DNA from: Clostridia bacterium
Lineage (GTDB): Bacteria > Bacillota > Clostridia > Christensenellales > CAG-138
Length of the DNA stretch: 44,878 bases
NCBI GenBank assembly: GCA_033813015.1
Contig: JAPXSN010000003.1
Span: 1-44,878 of the forward strand
Direction of reading: 5' to 3'
The notes below the pieces were generated by a model that ran no database searches, was not told the origin of the DNA, and saw only the letters and a program-made list of their open reading frames with translations. Both the position numbers and the translations under genes were made by a program. Of this stretch, positions 42,164 through 44,878 are shown piece by piece; positions within the stretch are counted from its first letter, which is position 1, and every line of letters starts with the position of its first letter.

Positions 42164-43471
42164 ATGAAGAAAATGCACCGTTTACTCGCAGCCGCGCTCG
42201 CGCTGGCCATGCTGCTCTCTCTGTTGCCCGCGGCGACGCTTGCCGAAACGTCCTCCGGCTCGCTCGGCGGTTCCGGCTCGCTCGGCGGCGGCTCCGGCTC
42301 CGACTCCGGCAGCGCGTCGAACACGGCCGTCTATGGCGCGACGACCGCGACCTGCAACTTCCGCACGGGGCCGTCCTCCTCATACGCAAAGGTTTCCGGC
42401 TGCAGCACCGTCCCCAAGGGTGCGAGCGTGACCATACTCGACAATACCTCCGGCGGCAAGTACTGGAAGGTTGCCTATAAGACCTACACCGGCTGGGTCT
42501 ATGGGCCGTATGTCAAAATCACAAGCGCCCCGGACAGCTCCGGCGGCACGACCGGCGGCACCACGGGCGGCACGGCGAGCGGCGAAACCGTCTACGGCCA
42601 GCTGAGCGCGGACTGCTACTTCCGCGTCGGCTCGGATAAGTCCTCGGCCAAGGTTTCCGGCTGCAACGTCATCAAGAAGGGCTCGACCGTCGTCATACTC
42701 GACAACACCTCCGGCGGCTCCTATTGGAAGGTCAGCTACCAGTCTTACACCGGCTGGATCTATGGGCCGTATGTCAAAATCACAAGCGCCCCGGGCTCCG
42801 GCGGCACGACCGGCGGCACCACCGGCGGCACCACGGGCGGCACGCTCTCCTATGCCAAATATACGGGAACCTCGGCGGATCAGTGGGGCTACATGCAGGT
42901 CGACGGCACCAACATCAGCCAGGCTATCTACTGCAACGCCATCGACGGCAAGGGCAACTTCTATTACAACGCGTACTCCTCGAGCTATAACTACTTCTAC
43001 GCGCTGAGTTACCTCACCAACCCCATCGCGGTCATCTACGGCCACAACATGCGCAAGTCCGGCGTGGGCATGCACCAGCTCCACCATGTGCAGAACGCGT
43101 GGCTTGGCAAGTCCAAGTGCGAATACTGCGGCAAGGACTGCTCCGGCGCGAAGACGAGCGTATTCAACATTTCCTACAACGGCGCTTCCCGCTGGCAGCT
43201 CGTGGGCTTCTTCGAGGCCTCCAGCTCGACCATCAGCTCCTCCACCACGCGCAGCAACATTCAGCTCATGGCGGCCATGCAGTCCTACCGCACCGGCTCC
43301 GCATTACAGGAGTGGATCAATTACATGATGAGCTACTGCACCTCCTCCTACAAGGGCGCGACGCTCGGCTCCATGACCTCGAGCGACAAGGTGATGGTTC
43401 TCGTGACCTGCGCGGACAGCTCGGGCGACAGCTACCAGAGGATGTACATGCTGCTTAAAGCGGTTGGATAA
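42164..43471 (+). CDS. secreted 2x SH3b domain + class B sortase-like domain fusion protein
   Basis: Signal/anchor MKKMHRLLAAALALAMLLSLLPAATLA. Two ~87-aa SH3b-type repeats (NFRTGPSSSYAKVSGC...YWKVAYKTYTGWVYGPYVKI, and again) separated by GGTTGGT linkers. The C-terminal domain is collinear with S. aureus SrtB as I recall it: WGYMQVDGTNIS, VIYGHNM (His), VLVTCADSSG (Cys), YQRMYM (Arg). Confidence 0.7.
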   Translation: MKKMHRLLAAALALAMLLSLLPAATLAETSSGSLGGSGSLGGGSGSDSGSASNTAVYGATTATCNFRTGPSSSYAKVSGCSTVPKGASVTILDNTSGGKYWKVAYKTYTGWVYGPYVKITSAPDSSGGTTGGTTGGTASGETVYGQLSADCYFRVGSDKSSAKVSGCNVIKKGSTVVILDNTSGGSYWKVSYQSYTGWIYGPYVKITSAPGSGGTTGGTTGGTTGGTLSYAKYTGTSADQWGYMQVDGTNISQAIYCNAIDGKGNFYYNAYSSSYNYFYALSYLTNPIAVIYGHNMRKSGVGMHQLHHVQNAWLGKSKCEYCGKDCSGAKTSVFNISYNGASRWQLVGFFEASSSTISSSTTRSNIQLMAAMQSYRTGSALQEWINYMMSYCTSSYKGATLGSMTSSDKVMVLVTCADSSGDSYQRMYMLLKAVG

Positions 43472-43498
43472 TCGGCAATTTCATTGCCAATTATCCAA

Positions 43499-43516
43499 GT
43501 GAATAGTGAATAACTA
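43499..43516 (-). repeat. family-2 repeat, inverted partial copy
   Basis: GTGAATAGTGAATAACTA is the exact reverse complement of 43626-43643 (TAGTTATTCACTATTCAC). This forms an 18-bp perfect inverted repeat around a 109-nt spacer. Confidence 0.8.
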
Positions 43517-43525
43517 GTGGTTTTG

Positions 43526-43558
43526 AAACGGCTTCCGCTTAAACGGAGGCCGTTTTCG
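43526..43558. terminator. bidirectional rho-independent terminator
   Basis: AAACGGCTTCCG-CTTAAA-CGGAGGCCGTTT, then TTTTCG on the plus strand and TTTCAAAA on the minus strand. Lies between the convergent sortase-like gene and mnmE. Confidence 0.7.
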
Positions 43559-43625
43559 TCAACTCATTTTCACATCATTTTTTAAGGAGCGGCTCCGTAA
43601 AACAGATGCCGCCCCGACTCTAAAT

Positions 43626-43660
43626 TAGTTATTCACTATTCACTATTAGCTGTTAGTTAT
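43626..43660 (+). repeat. AT-rich heptad-phased repeat, family 2, copy 2
   Basis: TAGTTAT TCACTAT TCACTAT TAGCTGT TAGTTAT, abutting the mnmE stop codon (43662-43664). Confidence 0.7.
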
Positions 43661-43661
43661 T

Positions 43662-44878
43662 CTATTTTCCCACGCAGAACTTCTTGAAAATCCGGTCTAT
43701 GACTTCCTCGGCCACGTTCCGCCCGCTGATCTCGCCGAGGGCCGAAAGGGCGCTGCGGAGCAGCACGGCGGCGCAGTCCGCGCCGTCCCGCGGGTCGAGG
43801 GCTTCGAGGGCGTCGCGGGCGCGAATCAGCGCGTCTATGTGGCGGGCGTTGGTGACGAGCGCGCTTTCCCCCTCGGGCAGCAGACGCGCGGCGAGCGCGC
43901 GGCGCAGCGCCTCGAGCCCTTCGCCCGTGACGGAGCTGACCGAGACGGTTTCAATGCCGTACGGCGCAAGCGCGTCCGCTCGGAGGACGGGGGGCAGGTC
44001 TCCCTTGCACAGCGCCGCCACGCGGGGACGGTTTGCCGTGGATTCGATTAGGCCAATCTCCTCCTCACCCAGCGCCTCGGCCGCGTCAAAGGCGAGCACG
44101 AGCGCGTCCGCGCCCTCAGCCGCTTTCCTCGCGCGCGCGACGCCGAAGCGTTCCGCCTCGTCAAACGCCTCGCGAAGCCCCGCGGTATCCACAAGGCGCA
44201 CGGGCACGCCGTCAATCGAAACCGTTTCCTCGAGCGTGTCGCGCGTGGTGCCGGGGAAAGCTGTCACGATGGCGCGCTCGCGCCCGACGAGCGCATTGAA
44301 AAGCGAGGATTTGCCCGCGTTGGGCATGCCGAGTATCGCCACCCTGGCCCCCTCGCGCAGAAGCCTGCCCTTCGCGCCGGTGGCAATGAGCGCGCCGAGC
44401 CGAGCCGCAAGCTCCTTTGCCCGCGCCGGGATAAGCGTAAGAGTATCCTCCTCAAGCTCGTCCGGATAGTCGAGCGCCGCGTCCGCGCCCGCGAGCAGGT
44501 CGAGAAGCTCTTCCTCTATTTCCCCGGCCATGCGGCCGACGCTGCCCTCGAGCTGCTCGAGGGCGCTTTTTGCGCCGCGCTCCGTGTTGGCGTTGATGAG
44601 GTCCATCACGGCCTCGGCACGCGAGAGGGACAATTTTCCGTTGAGGAACGCGCGTTTGGTGAACTCGCCCGGCTCCGCAGGGCGAAGGCCGAGGGAGGAG
44701 AGCCGCGCCAGCGCGCGCCGCGCCACGGCCTGCGAGCCGTGGATGTAGATTTCGGCCACATCCTCGCCCGTGTAGCTCGCGGGCGCGCGGAAAAAACAGG
44801 CCATGCACTCGTCGAGTATTTCCGCCCCGTCCGCGAGGCGGCCGAACCTCATTTCCCGGGGAATAGGCGCAGTCTTTG
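43662..44878 (-). CDS. mnmE: tRNA uridine-5-carboxymethylaminomethyl synthesis GTPase MnmE, 5' end beyond window
   Basis: The frame stays open upstream of the listed Met to the window edge (KTAPIPRE-MRFG... aligns with the E. coli MnmE N-domain). SYTGEDVAEIYIHGS, G1 GMPNAGKSSLFNAL, DTAGLRE, C-terminal FCVGK. Confidence 0.9.
   Translation of the reverse strand, partial: KTAPIPREMRFGRLADGAEILDECMACFFRAPASYTGEDVAEIYIHGSQAVARRALARLSSLGLRPAEPGEFTKRAFLNGKLSLSRAEAVMDLINANTERGAKSALEQLEGSVGRMAGEIEEELLDLLAGADAALDYPDELEEDTLTLIPARAKELAARLGALIATGAKGRLLREGARVAILGMPNAGKSSLFNALVGRERAIVTAFPGTTRDTLEETVSIDGVPVRLVDTAGLREAFDEAERFGVARARKAAEGADALVLAFDAAEALGEEEIGLIESTANRPRVAALCKGDLPPVLRADALAPYGIETVSVSSVTGEGLEALRRALAARLLPEGESALVTNARHIDALIRARDALEALDPRDGADCAAVLLRSALSALGEISGRNVAEEVIDRIFKKFCVGK

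Noticed and set aside
1-44878. Prophage, transposon, integron or defence-island signatures (integrase, transposase, restriction-modification, cas, abortive-infection ATPase-nuclease pairs).
   Set aside because: No integrase, transposase or nuclease motifs appear in any frame. The stand-alone ATPases (26145-26936 and 38696-40051) have no nuclease, effector or methylase partners and sit inside housekeeping operons. Only the Fic island shows foreign composition.

Overview
GC-rich chromosomal segment that looks like a Clostridia (Oscillospirales-type) genome; this is inferred from gene content (glgC/glgD pair, DUF1667 glycerol-3-P trio, yqeC-yqeB-selD). Left to right: glycogen synthesis (glgC partial, glgD, glgA); glycerol catabolism (glpK, two FAD oxidoreductases, DUF1667); a translationally coupled pilC-like / four small pseudopilin-like ORFs / pilT operon; a Gfo/Idh/MocA oxidoreductase; an accessory surface-protein locus on the minus strand (342-aa and 1764-aa repeat adhesins with [AT]PQTG sorting signals), head-to-head with a secreted transglutaminase-like gene whose leader looks like a GEMM-I c-di-GMP riboswitch; a zinc-ribbon membrane protein, a DUF606-type transporter, an M24 peptidase and tRNA-Arg(ACG); then a minus-strand housekeeping block (PfkB kinase, COG3910-like ATPase, P-loop kinase-like protein, rsmI, N6-adenine tRNA methyltransferase-like), followed by metG-GNAT-tatD, a low-GC Fic island, a ModE-like regulator with yqeC-yqeB-selD, murG, a DUF815-like ATPase, cysS, a membrane protein, a 2xSH3b-sortase B-like fusion and mnmE (partial). 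No transposase, integrase, CRISPR array or rRNA was seen. The points most worth a second look are: (1) the riboswitch/transglutaminase/adhesin module; (2) a shared direct-repeat promoter architecture in front of both adhesin genes; (3) a possible link between the SH3b-sortase fusion and the PQTG substrates; (4) an intergenic repeat family of 7-nt-phased ATTGACA arrays plus GC hairpins, always co-oriented with the flanking genes and often supplying their stop codons; (5) a pilC...pilT operon with no assembly ATPase or prepilin peptidase. Every functional call rests on reading motifs in the supplied translations; no database search was possible.
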